Shown piece after piece: positions 38,755 to 52,702 of a stretch of 64,000 nucleotides of DNA. Location: NCBI GenBank assembly GCA_965655095.1, contig OZ296652.1:19840001-19904000 (forward strand), given 5' to 3'. Source of the DNA: Haplodiscus bocki (taxonomy: Eukaryota). The notes under the pieces are model-generated. The model searched no databases. It was not told the DNA's origin and saw only the letters and a program-made list of their open reading frames with translations. Each line of letters begins with the position of its first letter. The first letter of the stretch is position 1. A program made the translations under genes and the position numbers.

Positions 38755-39705
38755 TAGGCCGGTGGAAAGAGGGCTGGTCACGTCGGCGTGTTGACCCAGA
38801 GGTCAAAAACAAACATGGGCTGACAGATGGGTCCACGGGGGTACTGCAACCTTGCAAAGGCAAACTCCTGGCCACTCGTCTTCATGTTGGAAAAAGGGGT
38901 TTGGATATGGGGGGTTTATGGGGTCAAAAAGTGCCAAAACTGCTAATTCTGGATAGCGCAGTAGCATTTTGGGGTGGCGGGTCTCAAAATTGGTCAATTT
39001 TTTTTGGGTGTAGGTTCATATACCCCTTTGATTGATTTTGGGTCCATGCCTCCGCTTATGCGTGGTTGAAGGGGTAAAAGTTAGAAAAAATTTCAAAATT
39101 TTGCATGAACTCAGTCTTCTTGAACTTTCAGAACCCAGATCTCGGCTTTGAAGAAAAATATCAAAAAAGTGATCTACAGTTTTATGTATAAATGCTCTGA
39201 GAGCAATCATCCAAATTTGAACAAAATCGGGCTGATTTTGAGCAAGGGGGAGAGCAGGTTTTGCCAGGTCGGCAGTTTATCCTTTTTTTCGGATTTGACC
39301 AATTTTGAAACCCTATATCTCGACGCAGGGAAAGATATCAAAAATTTGTACGACAGTTTTATGTATAAAGGTCTTGAGAGCAATCATGCCAAGTTTGAGC
39401 AAACTCGGGCTCATTTTGAGCAGTAGGGGAGAACAGGTTTTGCCAGGTCGGCATTTTTGAAGCTCCCACGATTTGACCTTTCTTGCCCTTCCCTTCGGTG
39501 GGGGCGTACGGGGGTAGTCCAAAAGAACCCTAGCTGAAAGCCTTTTCTTGTTAGTTTGCAAAGGTTAAAACCGCTTGCACCTATCTTTCTTAGTTCTCGA
39601 GAAATTGAAGTTTTTCTGTGAAAAAACGGGATTTTCGTTGTGATGTCCGCTTTAATACATTGTGTCTTAAGAGTGGGCGGCCTTCGCGTATAGGAATCAC
39701 TTGCT
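38755..39705 (+). mobile_element. Non-autonomous element (Helentron/HINE-like) with internal ~180-bp tandem duplication
   Basis: 39150-39275 and 39330-39454 are near-identical (ACAGTTTTATGTATAAA...GAGAGCAATCAT.CCAA.TTTGA...CAGGTTTTGCCAGGTCGGCA). Short sub-terminal inverted repeat AGGCCG/CGGCCT; ends CACTTG. Confidence 0.55.
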
Positions 39706-40349
39706 CAGTTGGGTGCCGTTGCTGTGCAGTTGATTTTTTTTCACCTGCACTTTTTCATTATTTTCATTAACATTCGTACTCGGCTTTGCTAGTCATTCCT
39801 CCTTGGAGTGCTTTTCAGACCGCGTCGCTGCAGCTGATTAACAGCGCAGCGGATTAGATTATGTGGCGACTAAGTAAATAGGTCAGAACAGTCCGCTCGT
39901 CTAATATTCTTTTTATTCTTTGCGGACGCATTCGCTGGAGAAAAGAAACTTTTCTATAGTTTTCGAGTCAGTTCAGCTGGACATCTACATTGGGAGCAAT
40001 AGAGTCAGTATTAGAAGTCTTACCCGCTTCGGTTGCTCGCTTCTACAGAACCCCTAAATTTATGTGATAAAAATATAGGTGTTCACTCGCTTGAGTCACT
40101 CACCTTCTTTGAAAAGTCAAGACATGTCACCAGAGTAACAAAAACTATAGACTTGACATTTTGCAAGATATAAGACATGGTAAAATTAAGAGAGGGTTGC
40201 ATACATAAAGAATGGATCGAAAGAAAAAAGGCTTTCCGTGGTTTTAACTATTGAAACGATAAAATGCAACCAAAACTCAATCAGTAAACGACTGCACTCC
40301 TCTTGTCACTCAATGCAAAACTTATGTCATTAGAAGCCTAAAAAGATAT

Positions 40350-41460
40350 CGGGCCTCAATCTTCAAAAACGAAGACAAATCATCTCGATTTCCAGTTTCT
40401 TCCACAAAAAAACCTATCAGAAAAGATTCCGGACCGCACCAGAAACTTCCAAAAGTAAACAAAAGATCTTTTATTTCATTCTATGTACAAATTTTTTGGG
40501 TGGAGGTTGAGTTGCCATCAAAGCGGAGTTTGAAGACCGAAGTTTTTTTTAAAAAAAAAAACTCAGCTGGACTTCGAAGTTTTTCTCACCAAAACACCCA
40601 TCGGAAAAGTTCAGACAGCACCTAAAAACAATTAAGTTCACGAATGGACATCTTAGAGCTCACCGAGAAATTGAAGTGATTGGGAGATTTATCTAACAGG
40701 ACATTGGTTCTCAACTGTGGCATGTCCCATGAAAAAACCAAAATCATGTCGACTTTGTTATTTCGTTCGCAAAAAGTTCTATTGCAAAACCTTCAGACCA
40801 AAATCAAAAACAATAAGTAATAAGTTCAACAATGGGTTCCCCTTGTAACTTCTAGGACAAACTCCGGTGATATGGAACTCTAATTGCCACCATAAAGGAT
40901 TTCGAACACTGAAATTTGCAAAACTAGCCAAAAAAGTTCAAATCTTCAATTTTTTTCTCAAAAATGACCCTTTGCATTCTTGTCAGACTATATTGAAACT
41001 TATTTGGCATCCATTTGAACTCTTCTTGCCACTAGCAAACACCGGTCAGGTGAAAGTCTAACGGGCGAAGTACAAAATTTCGAATCGGTAACATTCATTA
41101 AAATAGCCTACTTCAAATCGACAAACCGATTTTGGACGTTTGTTCCGCAAAAACACCTATAGCGAACAATTTCCACTTCACTCGAAAATTATCAAGTCGT
41201 CAATGGACTCCTTCGGGAACTTCAAAGCAAAATTCAGGTGAGTTGGAACCCTAGATTCCAAGACATGAGATTTCAAGCCCCCAAAAAGTTGCAGAGATAG
41301 CTCGATGTTAACGTATCAGAATCGTTTGAGAAGTTTTTTTCTGAAGAAGACCCCTTGCAAAAATTTCTGACCTCACTAAAAAACTATCAGGTCACCAATT
41401 GGTATCTCCTTGTAATTTATTTGCAAAATGCAGGTAATTCGCAGGTCTAGATGCAATAAT
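40350..41460 (+). repeat. Old degenerate tandem array, ~185-190 bp period
   Basis: A motif TTCAGAC..CAC..AAAA..ATCAAGT...CAATGG... recurs near 40427, 40610, 40791, 40981, 41171 and 41364. Confidence 0.5.
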
Positions 41461-44181
41461 ATAGGACATCATTCATGGACAAAACGGGACAAAATGGGAC
41501 ACGACCTCGGTTTAATGATATCTTCGCATTCGACTTCGATATTGAATTGTCAAAAAAGTCCGCTTCTCCTACAAAAGCGCTGATTAAGAATTTGAATGAA
41601 GATGATCTTGTTAGTTTTTACCGTTGCATTATTGTCTTGAATTCATCGCCAATTTTGTTGTAAGTTTGTCATTAAACGATGTCACTCATCGTCGAGCTCG
41701 GAAATATTGTGTTGGGGATAACATCATATAATATTTCTTTCTGATAAATGTTCTCTTAAAAGTCTGAACATTCAGAATCGAAATCTTCTGGAAAATTGAT
41801 ACCGTAGTTGCGGAAACCTCATGCTGTTCTTTAAAATCAAAGTGGCACTGACTTTCGAAAAGACTTTGGGACAGTGCATAATTTGGAAGGCTACAAGACA
41901 AGAAAGTCGTGGGCTCATTTTCATCAAAATTTAGATTATTTTCCACTCTCTTCTCAGTGAATCAAAGTAAAACCACATAGAGAGGAGATTTAACATTTAT
42001 GATTGAAAGAAACGACAGTCTACTTGAGTATTCTTTATAGAAAAATTGAGAAAGCATGACGACCATACTTCTATTACGTAGAGGGAAGAACGAAAAAATG
42101 GCCGGCTTTCCCCGCAGCAAAAAGACCAGCCTTTCCCATGGCTGCAACAGAAGAAACTTTCTACCACGATATCTAAAAAGCGGGTGACATTGTTCTAGAA
42201 GTTCGTTATGACTTTACAAACAAATAATGTGACATGCTTGCAGATGATTTATCGACGAAAAAAATCATGAACAAAATTTTTGTACCCGGATGCACCCACA
42301 TAAATTACTTTTTTATGCAGAACGGGGATACATGTAATTTATATCAACTGTAAATAAAGTACACGAGGTTAGAACTTCCCTGTAAGTCTGTTGTTGAAAT
42401 TTCAATTTACCCTCCGGGTTATGACGTCATAATTACATACGTTACTAATTTGTTCCCTACTTTCATGCCCAGGTAACTCATCTAGCCTCTTGACACAAAC
42501 ACAATGGTGCCTAATTAATTTAATCAGCAGATTCAGGCCCTGTTAGGATCCAGGTTAACCCAGTTTCATACTTGAAAACAAACGATACCGACAAATATCA
42601 ATCCACTCGTAACTACAGTTTCATGCATATATATATTAGTTGCATTCATTCAATGTATACGAGTCATTGAAAAAAAAGTAGAGCGTGCAGCATATTCAAC
42701 AAATAATCAGTTTCTTTTTTGTCATTGATGCCCTGAAGAAACGGGCCGATAACAAAAAAACAGTCAAATTTGATTAATACATTAAAAAGTGTTAACGCCA
42801 ATACTAATTGAATATAACATGGATATAAATGAAAAGAGAAATTTCTCCGTGCTATTGTGGAGCTATAGAACAGCGACAAAAAGAAATTATTTTTTTCCTT
42901 TTCCCTCAATTTCTTTATTTGGGGGTGCTGGCTTTGGGGTTAAGTATATAAGCTAAGAACGGACAGACAGCAACAGTAGCGCTATCCGTGGCCGTCAATA
43001 ATTGTAGCCCGGCGGGTGGTGGGGTATTTCTACAGTATCCCCGTTCTCGTTTCCTGTTTTTTTAACCTCCTAGCTTGAAATCTTCCATTTTCCAATACGG
43101 TGCACAGCAGTATGAGAGAAGCAGAAGAACCAGGAGGATGATGTTCTATGTTTGAACGTACATCATATTTTCTCCATCCCCTTGTCCTTTCTGCCTACCT
43201 ACCTATCTTTCAATCCATGCAAAAAAACAGGAAGACAGACAGAGAGTTAAAATGGGAAAATGGAGGATTAATTGAATCGCATTTCCTGTGTTCATCCCTT
43301 GTACATAAATACAATTCTTGTATTTTCTTTCTTTTCCGCATTTTTTCTTCTTTTTTCCATTCCCATTTTACATTCTTCTTTCCCCCTCAGGGCCTTAAGC
43401 AACACAATGAGCAGCAAATCTTTCACAAGTCAATTTCGACGTTAAGTCTACAGTCGATTGCCTTCAAGTAATACATACAAACATACAATGCAACAACACA
43501 TACGTACTATGCACACACTGAAAGCAGCAACATAATACCTCCCAGCTAAAAAATCGACCACTCGAAAAGCACCTATCAAGAAACTACCACCACTTCACAG
43601 GTGTGGTGGTGTGGTCTGTCGAAAAAAATATCAAACTCCAAATTTTTATTTCAATAGTCGAAAGTTAGGTGAAATTCTAAAATAACGTTGAAAATAAATC
43701 TTTGGGAAAAACATGAGACTTAAAGAAGTCGAATATAACAATCGAAAAAAAATTCACACAAAAACTATTCGGTTTTAAACAGGTTGATAATTTTGAAACT
43801 TCAGTTGTTTTCCAAACAAAAACATTGAAAAATGCGACAAAGAAAGATTCCAAAAAAGCAGAAAACTTCAATTTATTAATCGATGTTTTGAGTTAATTGC
43901 AAAACTTATGGTAAAAATTAAATGCTCTGGAGCAATTATTCAAATGTGCCGAGATATTTCGAAGAAAAATTCGAAGACCGTTTTTAGAGAATTTGCGAAA
44001 ATTCACTCAAAAATGTCTGAAAAAACAAATGATCAATTCCCAAAACAATTTCATCAAATGAAAAATTTGGCAAACGCTGGAATCAAAGTAGTGGCGCAGT
44101 TTACCAACGATCTAATTTTGAAACCAATCCAATTAAACAAGGGAAAATGCAAAATAGTTTTTCACAACAATCGGTGACTTG

Positions 44182-44395
44182 TTAAAAGTCATCAATGAGT
44201 CAGGGCGTGTTCAAAATTGACATTGGACAGGAAACTTTGAAAGAAGACTTTGAGAGAGAATCAACCATTTATTTTTTTGCGATTTAGCAAGCCAGCTCCA
44301 AAGGCGCCTATTTCATCTCTTAAAAAATGTATGTCCATTTCTTCCGAGAAAAAAATGAAATAGTAACATTCCATAAGACGACCATGTTAAAAAAA
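44182..44395 (+). repeat. Dispersed repeat, copy A
   Basis: Matches 49834-50045 (TTAAAAGTCAT.AA.GAGTCAGGGCGTG...AAACTTTG..AGAA.ACTTTG). Confidence 0.65.
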
Positions 44396-45449
44396 TATAA
44401 GCATTGCCATTATGTTAAATCATGGAAGAGCTCAAATTGGAACCAGCCGACGACTCGCGTGGCTGTGTTCAAACTTTTATTTACTCCCCCAGTCTCACAA
44501 CTAATCATTGGATACATGGTTGATGTTTACTTTCTTTTTGGTTTAATTCAGTTGAACTAAATGCATTAAAAGTTCATTTGACAGAATCTTAAAATTGTAT
44601 AACTTTCCCATGAATAATTTGTAATCAATTTTCAAAATATGGTAAACAACTACTCACTGAAAGTTGCATCTTTTTGAATGGAAAGTTTCAATATTAAAGT
44701 GTTCAATGAAGGAATGAGTCACAATGACTCCGACGAAACATCCATCCCCCCAACGAATTGGACTACTGAGTAAGTGAAAAAGTTTTAAAAAGTTCTTCCA
44801 GCCACAGATCGGTGGAAAACTCTGATACAGTGCGGCAGCTTTGTGCCTGTGGGCACTACCTCTACGTGCCCGCGTTCAAGGGGAAAAAGTCTTTAGGGCA
44901 ACCGAAAATTATGCCATTACATGAAAATTTTCAGTTGAAGTTTGTCAAAAAAACAGAACGTCGTTTCAAGGCGGATTTGCAGTTCATTATGCACCAGTAA
45001 CAACTCCAAAAACTTTTGTTTTTCCAGAAATGACTTTTCAAGTCCAGAGGATCATTTTGAGCGAGTGTCTTGAAGGATTCTTGAAATGTATTTCTGGTTT
45101 TGCGCGGAGAATTTTTGGATCTTCTAAATTTTTTCTGAGCTTTCCCAATTTATTTCTACTGTGTTATGTAGTTTACTTTACTACTGGTACAATGGTATAA
45201 GCACATTCCAACGCAGAAGGTACTTAACATAAAACGGGGAGATAATTCAACGTTAAGATTGCACAGCGTTCGTAAGAAATGGTAAAGCAGTACTAAATGA
45301 TACTTAAACACTTGAAAGATCGTCTGTCGAAAATTATTTGGTACGTCCTTAATGTAAAAAGTAAAAGACTCGAGTACTTCTCCAGAAAAAAATGAAACTC
45401 AAATTTGTCAGTTAGATTTGCAGTAAATCGTGGCAAAAAACTGGGAAAG

Positions 45450-46650
45450 AGTTGAAGATATCGCTCCAGCTTGGACCATTCTCGACTGGTTATTCGCTGT
45501 TGGGCAAGCGAATTTTCCAGTTGGGATTTTTCAACTGGCTCGTGCGGTACTCATGTGATAAAAACGCATTTGACAACTCAAAAATCGCCTTGCTCACATT
45601 GATAATACTTATACCAAAATGTTGTTTCCTCAATCGCAAGCAACTATTTTTGAAATCTTTCTTAAAAGATTGCACGACTAACCGCGGCGACATCCGGACA
45701 AAATGCAAAACACACGAAAGTTGTAAAAAGCTATGAAACTTTGCAATTAAAATCGAAAAATTATCATTGAACCATTTTTTAGTCGGCGCTTTACAATTTA
45801 GTAAAAAAGCCCGACTATTACACTGGCCAGTTTTCAGTTTTTTCCACCAAGTATTCGACGAAAATGAAGAGTCGATTTCGTGCACTCCGAAAAGAAGAAT
45901 GGTCGTTAAGAACGGCCATATACTACTCCTAACCTGTACAAACAATACAAAAAAAAAGATGTTATTAACGTTCTTATACAAGAAAAAATTTTGGATCTTG
46001 ATACCCTCTTACAAATGGCAAAACTTTTTTGCAAAGGCAAATAGCATTAATGTCTGAACTACTCACTTCCTCAGGCAATAAATATTGTAACAAAGAGTCC
46101 CTCTACTAATTTTTCAGCGCTGTGCGACCAAATGTTCTAGACAAAATGTGATTATACCAAATTTTTGTTTGTTAGGAAATGCATAATTTTTCAAAAAACA
46201 ATGGACCCCATTGCTATTTCGAGCTTTACGTGCGGCGCCGAATTGCTTGTTAATGTAGACTTAGCGGTTCCTTGACGTCCTACGCCTTGTATTACCTGAA
46301 CTACTGAACATAAAAGCTTTCTTGGGAGAAATACACCAGTGGAAGTAATTTTCTCGAGAAGCCACTCAATTTGATTGAATGCAGTAGCAATCTGGAGTCA
46401 TTGATTCTGGAAAGATTTGTGCCCCAAGCTAAACTTGCAAATCGATGGCATAGAAGAACGAAACAAAAACCATATATAGAAATGCAAAATGGATGGTTGG
46501 CCTATGTTGAAGTTTCACCTATTTTCAACACGTCGAAAAATTTCAGCCGCAACAATTATTCGCATACGAGGTAATCCTAAAATTTACTTATACCGAATTC
46601 AACAATTTGCAGGCGCCAGGCAGACTCCTGGATATTTTTGCCTTCCAAAT
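45450..46650 (+). pseudogene. Heavily decayed LINE (APE endonuclease to RT start)
   Basis: Ordered remnants: QLGFFN (GDFN-like), LNHFLV (IDHILV-like), IDGIEE, and W...EVSPIF.......NNY (WK.A.I.PIFK......NYRPI-like). Confidence 0.35.
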
Positions 46651-48539
46651 TAGAGAAGAGACGTTAAAAGCAGTCGTTCGAACAAAAAAAGTCAGGAAAA
46701 GTTGCAAAATGGCATTGAAAGTGGAACAATGCTGCAAATGAGGATATTTGTCCAATATTTTTGTTTTTTTTTTGAAAAGTTTTATCCAAATGGCCTTCCA
46801 CTGCTTTCATCTTTTTATATAGTGGAAAAGTTGATGAAATAATTTGCATTCCGTTTTTCATATTCTGCATGACATTGATGTTTCCCCTTCGCTTGCTAGT
46901 GACAAAAGTCTGATGTCAATTATAGGCTGTCGCGTTTTCTTTTTCCTTGCTTTTTTCCCAAAACAAGGAAGAAAAAGCTTCATAGGAGGAAATAGGGCGG
47001 TGCATGTTTTAGGAGGTACTTAAGCTTCAAGTACTGTTTGGCAAATTGTGTGTGTAATAAACGCAGGGGGATGGTGCTACTAGAATAGAAAAGGACGGGG
47101 AAGCAATTTTCATTTTCATCAGTTGATGCAAAATGGGGAAAGGGGTTGGGCTGACTGGCTTGGATGTGCGTGCTGGCTGAGGAGTAGAGGAAACAGAACA
47201 ATTGCACAAAGTGCTGCTTTTCAATTAGACACAAGCCTGAATTGCATTAGCAACTCGCAGCAGAAAAGCCTCTTAAGAAAGATTAGCTAATTGGCTCGCA
47301 ACACAAGCGAGAAAAGCACCAGCCACCCAAAAAACTATAAAAAGAAGAAAAATAACACAGCAGTTAAGAAAAGAAAGACAAAGATTGAATTGTTGACTAT
47401 TCACTAACTGTTGACTATTTTACAGTAGTACCAGAAGCCGGAGGTTCTGAGTTTTGGGATTTAAGAAGGAAAAATTGACGGAGAAAAGTAGGAAAAAATA
47501 TGGAAAAAATTGAAAGACAAAAAAATGGGAGGAAATTAACGCAGAAATCATATTATCTTCTGCTATTCTACTTCATGTATGGAAAAGCTAGTATTTCAAA
47601 GACAAACGACATATAATCCAATCCCTGCGAAGAAAAACGCACCCACGTGTGAGAGTCGAGGGACTTACAGCCAACAGTCAAAATAACGTTGAAAAAACAT
47701 GCGGTGAAAACATCGTAATTCGTGGATTGAAGCTAAATACCGGAAGCAGATAGTCGGAGTTGAGTCAAGGTCAACTAGAAGATTTCTGAAATCATAGGAA
47801 AAACGGAAAATAAAAACGGTTACACTGAGACCAATTTCTTCCGACAGAGATTGGAAAAAAATCAAAGCACTCAAGGATCGCCATACAAGTCTTTTTGGGA
47901 GCTGAGACAAACTTTTTTTCTACAAGAATTCGCTACAACCGCTTCGGGTATACGATATTCATCACCAACAACCGAAAAATTCTATTAAGAAAACAAGATT
48001 TTTTTCCATTTTTACCCGGATTAAATCCTCCTACAAAATGTAGCCACTGAATCACAATAATATAAGTTATAGCAAAAGTCTTGGCGATTACTGAATGCAT
48101 TACAACTCCTAATAATTATGAGTCAGTTGGTCAGTTGGCTCAGAGGTTGAGTGCAGCAGTTTATTTAGGTATGATACTTTTTTTGTACAACTCTAGAATC
48201 ATATGACATATGCTATATATTTCCTGTTTTACACAAAATTTTCGTTATACCACTCACTCAAAAAATGATCGATGTCACACACCATTTTGCAAAGTACAAT
48301 ATTCTCGATAAGATCACAGCGCGATGGAAAAAATTCAATATGAAAATGCCAGAAATTGCCAAAATTCGAAATGATTTCGTTGAATTTTGATTTAAAAAAA
48401 ACCGTCCTAGTTAAACTGTCCTACTTTTTCACATTTTTTCTGTTGCTGTTACACGAACCATCAAATTTCGCTAATTTCGTAAAAATCATATATTTTTTGA
48501 TCTTGTCGTTTGGACTTATTTATATTCGTACAATGTATA

Positions 48540-49021
48540 CCCGGGTTGACGTGCTTACTACTTTCAGCGATAATCGTAATCATAAAATATTTCGAGAAAT
48601 TTGAGTTTTTGCTGTCATTTTGCAAAAAATTGGGAAAATTTACATTATTTAAATACCAATAATGCCATTTTAATGACCACTTTATGCGTTTTCACCACTT
48701 TTGACTACGTTATCATAATTTGATCTCAATGTGTAAAAATCAGAGCTGATTGAGGTTAAATTAGCGTTAAATCATCATTAATCAGCGCTGAAAACCAAAT
48801 GCTTAAGTCAATTAGCTGAACAGCTCTGATGGACAGCTGATTCTTTCTGAAACACCACTGTACAGCCCTGATTGGCGTTGAATTTTTCAGTTCTGAACAG
48901 CGCTGCTTCAGAGAAGATTAGAGCTGATCAGCTATGAAATAGTGCTTAACAGCGTTGAAAAACGACAAATCTCTGAAACAGCCCTGCTCAGCGCTGAACA
49001 TCTCTGGGACTTCAATTCGAG
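48540..49021. mobile_element. TA-flanked MITE with CAGCGCTG/CAGAGCTG palindromic sub-repeats
   Basis: TA|CCCGGGTTGACGTGC ... GGACTTCAATTCGAG|TA (10/15 TIR match); many (T/A)CAGCGCTG(A)-like palindromes at 48740-49000. Confidence 0.6.
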
Positions 49022-49026
49022 TAAGC

Positions 49027-49290
49027 GTGATTATTTTCCGCCCATATTTTAAATATATGGAAGGAAAAGTGTTCATTCAACATTCAGATTTTTTTTACAT
49101 CAAATTCGCCAATTACACGATAACTCAAAGCGCAAGCAAAAAAAATTGTTCCACCATTTTTTTTCAATTTCGCGTAAAATGCGTCGAACATAGTGGTCTT
49201 TATCAGAAAATAGTTACTGTTGCCAAAATAAAGGTTTATTTGCGAAAAAAATTGAAAAAAAATCTATTTTTGGTGCAATTTTGCACCTTT
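49027..49290 (+). mobile_element. HINE-like family member (5' part)
   Basis: 5' end ATTATTTTCCGCCCATATTT...ATATGGAAGGAAAA as in 50404; body matches 20680-20938. Confidence 0.6.
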
Positions 49291-49833
49291 TTACATAATT
49301 TTTGAATAAAATTACGGCATTCCAACGTTTCTTCTGTAATTTGGAAGCCGGAAATTATCGTTGAGTTACCCGGGCGTATTGTTTATATATTTTTTTGTAA
49401 ACCGTATAGCATATGCAATACCCTGGAGTGCATGCAGGTCTCTTATGCTTCCGCTTACGAGATCAAATCCCAATCTAGCCAATGGCTTTGTCACAAGAGT
49501 TCGGTTTGCTGAAGGCTAGCGACTCTGAGAATCTCTGAGAGGAGAAGCAATTACAAACGACTCCCGTAACTCAATGCCATTGAAGGTTATGACTCCAGAA
49601 AATAAATTTTTGATCCATATTCTCATTATGGGAAGACTTTTGCTCAGCACCATCGGGGATATTGGTGAGTACTTTGAGCGTTACAGGTAGCGCTGACCTA
49701 AACCAACCCCGGTTTGCTTGGCTTTATGGTTCTCGGAGGACTTCTCATAGATTCGAATCGTTAATCGACCACATTGGAGCGAATGCAATAACAACCAAAC
49801 AATAACGCCTAAATTTTCCACCGAACGATGTCT

Positions 49834-50045
49834 TTAAAAGTCATTAAGGAGTCAGGGCGTGATCGAAAGCATCATTTGTAAGAAAACTTTGTTAGAAAAC
49901 TTTGTACGAAAACCTGCCTCTTATTTTTTAGCGATTGAGAAAGACAGCTGTAAAGTCATCCCTTTCATTTTGAAAAAAAAACATCAATTTATTTTGAGAA
50001 AAAATTGAAACATCCCATTTTAAAAGACAACAATGGTTAAAAATT
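49834..50045 (+). repeat. Dispersed repeat, copy B
   Basis: Matches 44182-44395. Confidence 0.65.
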
Positions 50046-50403
50046 TAGTATACTTTATTAAAAACAGGTCACCACTGAAAATTTTCACTTTTTGGAATTT
50101 TGAAAAGATGATTTTATTGAAGTGCCCAAAGAAGGAATGATTGTCATTAACTCCAACGAAGCATTCCCCCCAAACAACGCGTACAATCAAGTATGTGAAA
50201 AAGTTTTCAAAAAATGTTCCCGTCACATATCGGTAGACAAATTTGTTAACGCATGGCTGTTGTCTACCCATCGGCGTTTTTGCTTCACCTCGGGCGCTAC
50301 GTACCGTCGTTCAAGGGCAAAAACTCCCTAGAACAGAAAACTGCAATGTGTTAACATATAATTTTAATGAGTGCGTATGTGCGTTACATACCTATGGCAT
50401 GGA

Positions 50404-50926
50404 TTTATTATTTTGCGCCATATTCTTAAGAATATGAAAGCAAAATCTTCCACTCAAATGGGCCATTTCCGACGTTTTTTTACCCGATGTTTGCCAATTG
50501 CGTTCACACTAAAACGATGTTCAGTCACGTTTCTTAACGTGAAATTTTCTTCTCACTAAATTGTTGCAAATTTGCTGTAAAAAGCGACTGGAATAGTAAG
50601 AATTCTCAAAACGTTCAAATTTTGGGGTTTTTTGGGAAGAATAGATGGGTTTTTTTGAAAAAACCTTGAAATTTTTCAAAATCGCTACATGTGGCAAATT
50701 TTTTCTAGAATGCGTCGCAAATGGTATTTTTTCTTGAAAATGTCTTTCCACCTTATTTTTGAGGTTTTTTTGGCAAAAATCAGAAAAAAAAAATAAAGTT
50801 GGAAAAGTTAGAAAATACGATGAAGAAACAAAATATTTTGAAAAAAAAAACGCTTTCATCCTTCTAAAAGGCATCTTTAACAATGTTGGAGGGCGCAAAA
50901 TATCCCGGAGGTAGCCGGTTGTCTTG
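50404..50926 (+). mobile_element. Complete Helentron-associated (HINE/DINE-1-like) non-autonomous element
   Basis: T-rich 5' end, sub-TIR ATTTTGCGCC (50410-50419) paired with GGCGCAAAAT (50892-50901), 5' hairpin CATATTC/GAATATG, 3' stem-loop CCGG-N6-CCGG, end CTTG|TT, no TSD. Inverted copy at 56005-56506. Confidence 0.75.
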
Positions 50927-52439
50927 TTCTCAAATGCGCTCAAAAGTTATTCCTGGTCACCAACTTTATTAATATTCGTCTTTTTTGCATTTTATAGCAG
51001 GAAAATGTTCATAACTGCATTCAGCCTCTATCAAAGAAGGCGGAAGTATAAATTTCATGCTATGAAACAACTCAAAGTTCACATTCAATTGTTAATTCAT
51101 TCCTACTGATTCGCCAATTTTCTGATAAATGAAAAAACAGTTACTCAATTTTTTTTGGTTTGGAAAAAAAACATTGGAATATTTTTTCAAAAGAATTACA
51201 AAAGCATTATTTTCCGTGAAAAGCATGAAATTACAAGATAAATTGCATTTGCTGTTCATCTCAAGAGCTGGCATCTAGCAGTGGAAAACAACTGAGATGT
51301 GCATTTAAGAGTGTTAAGCATGCAAACAGAGTGACAGGGTAATAAATTATAAATTGAAATGGGCGGTCAGAGGCAGACAAAACTTTACACATTTTTTTGT
51401 GCCATTTTCTTCTATTTTTACAACACAAATTAATATTCTACAAAATGTATTATTAGTCCGTCTTCCATTTAACATGACACAATAGCGGGTGCTGATTAAG
51501 AGTTGATTGGCGTGTTTCGTCATGCTATAATCGTACATTGACCTTAGTTGTAACTGGTTGAGTGAGATTGTGTTTGACACTTCTCTCTAACTCACTTCAG
51601 CGTGATACTTTCATTGTATGATTAATTCACATTCTCCAAAAGTGCACGTCGCGAAGTTAATGGAGAGGGAAAAATCAACTGAAGAGGCTGCAAAGTAATT
51701 CTTATTTTTGTCATAAATAAAAAGAAATTGAATATAAATCTGCAGCAGTGCACACATGTTAATGATAGAAAAATACGATCCGGTGGTGCACAAAAATAAT
51801 GAGCAGGGGTTGTGCATTTTGATTTTAAATTGACAAATAGGACGTCCGACGACCCATCGGCATATTTTCCGCTCTCTAAATTTGTTAAAAATGACTTTTA
51901 GAAGAGAGACAGCGTTTTCATGAAATAAAAACTATCTGCTCAAGTCACGATAGAATAAAGCATCGGATCACGTTTCTATTATCCCCCATAACGCATTACG
52001 CATTAAGGTGGAAAATAGGAAACATGGTTTGAAGTAGCTCAAAATTACGTCGACATCACTGTCAAATGAACTGGAAATTATGAATTATGTGGGCATCTTA
52101 GAAACGTGCATAGAAGTGATGTATTCTCATCAGATATGCGTTGTCTTTGTAATTATACAAAGAAAATTACAGTCATTTTCGTGAAAACTGGGTGCAGTTT
52201 ACTGTATTTTTCAATCAATGGAGCTACAAAAGCTACTGAGACAGCTCTTACGCAAGAAGATAACCTAAACAATGGGTTTCCTAATTATCACAACGCCTAC
52301 TTCAAAAACACAACTGAAAGAACTACGAAAAAGTTTAGATTATTTTAGTATTAGCATTCAGAGCTAGGGGGAAGTTAGAGACTTGGCGCACATGGGAAGG
52401 GAGATAAAAATCATAGTCCAAAGCAATTTTAAGAAATGT

Positions 52440-52702
52440 TAACACATTTTAAACGCTTTCAACATCAAATTTCCAAATTTCCCGATTTTGAAAAAAAAAA
52501 ACAATTTTCTTCCTTAAAAAACCTACTTTCGTACCCAGTCGAGAATTGTTGCCATTCCCTTTGCACTCTACACAAAATTTGGAATGATTTGTTGTTAAAA
52601 AACTCTCAATTTCAAATCGTGCAATTGACTAGTTTGCGTTGGAAAAAAGTGGCGTGTGGATGATTTTCTTTCCATATTGTAACGTGGGCATAAATTAATA
52701 AA
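52440..52702 (-). mobile_element. Degenerate HINE-like family member
   Basis: Minus-strand 5' end TTTATTAATTTATGCCCACGTTACAATATGGAAAGAAAATCATCC resembles the family 5' end. Confidence 0.45.

Noticed and set aside
45490-45981. 163-aa minus-strand ORF as a gene
   Set aside because: No recognisable domain, non-ATG start, and it lies antisense to suspected LINE remnants.
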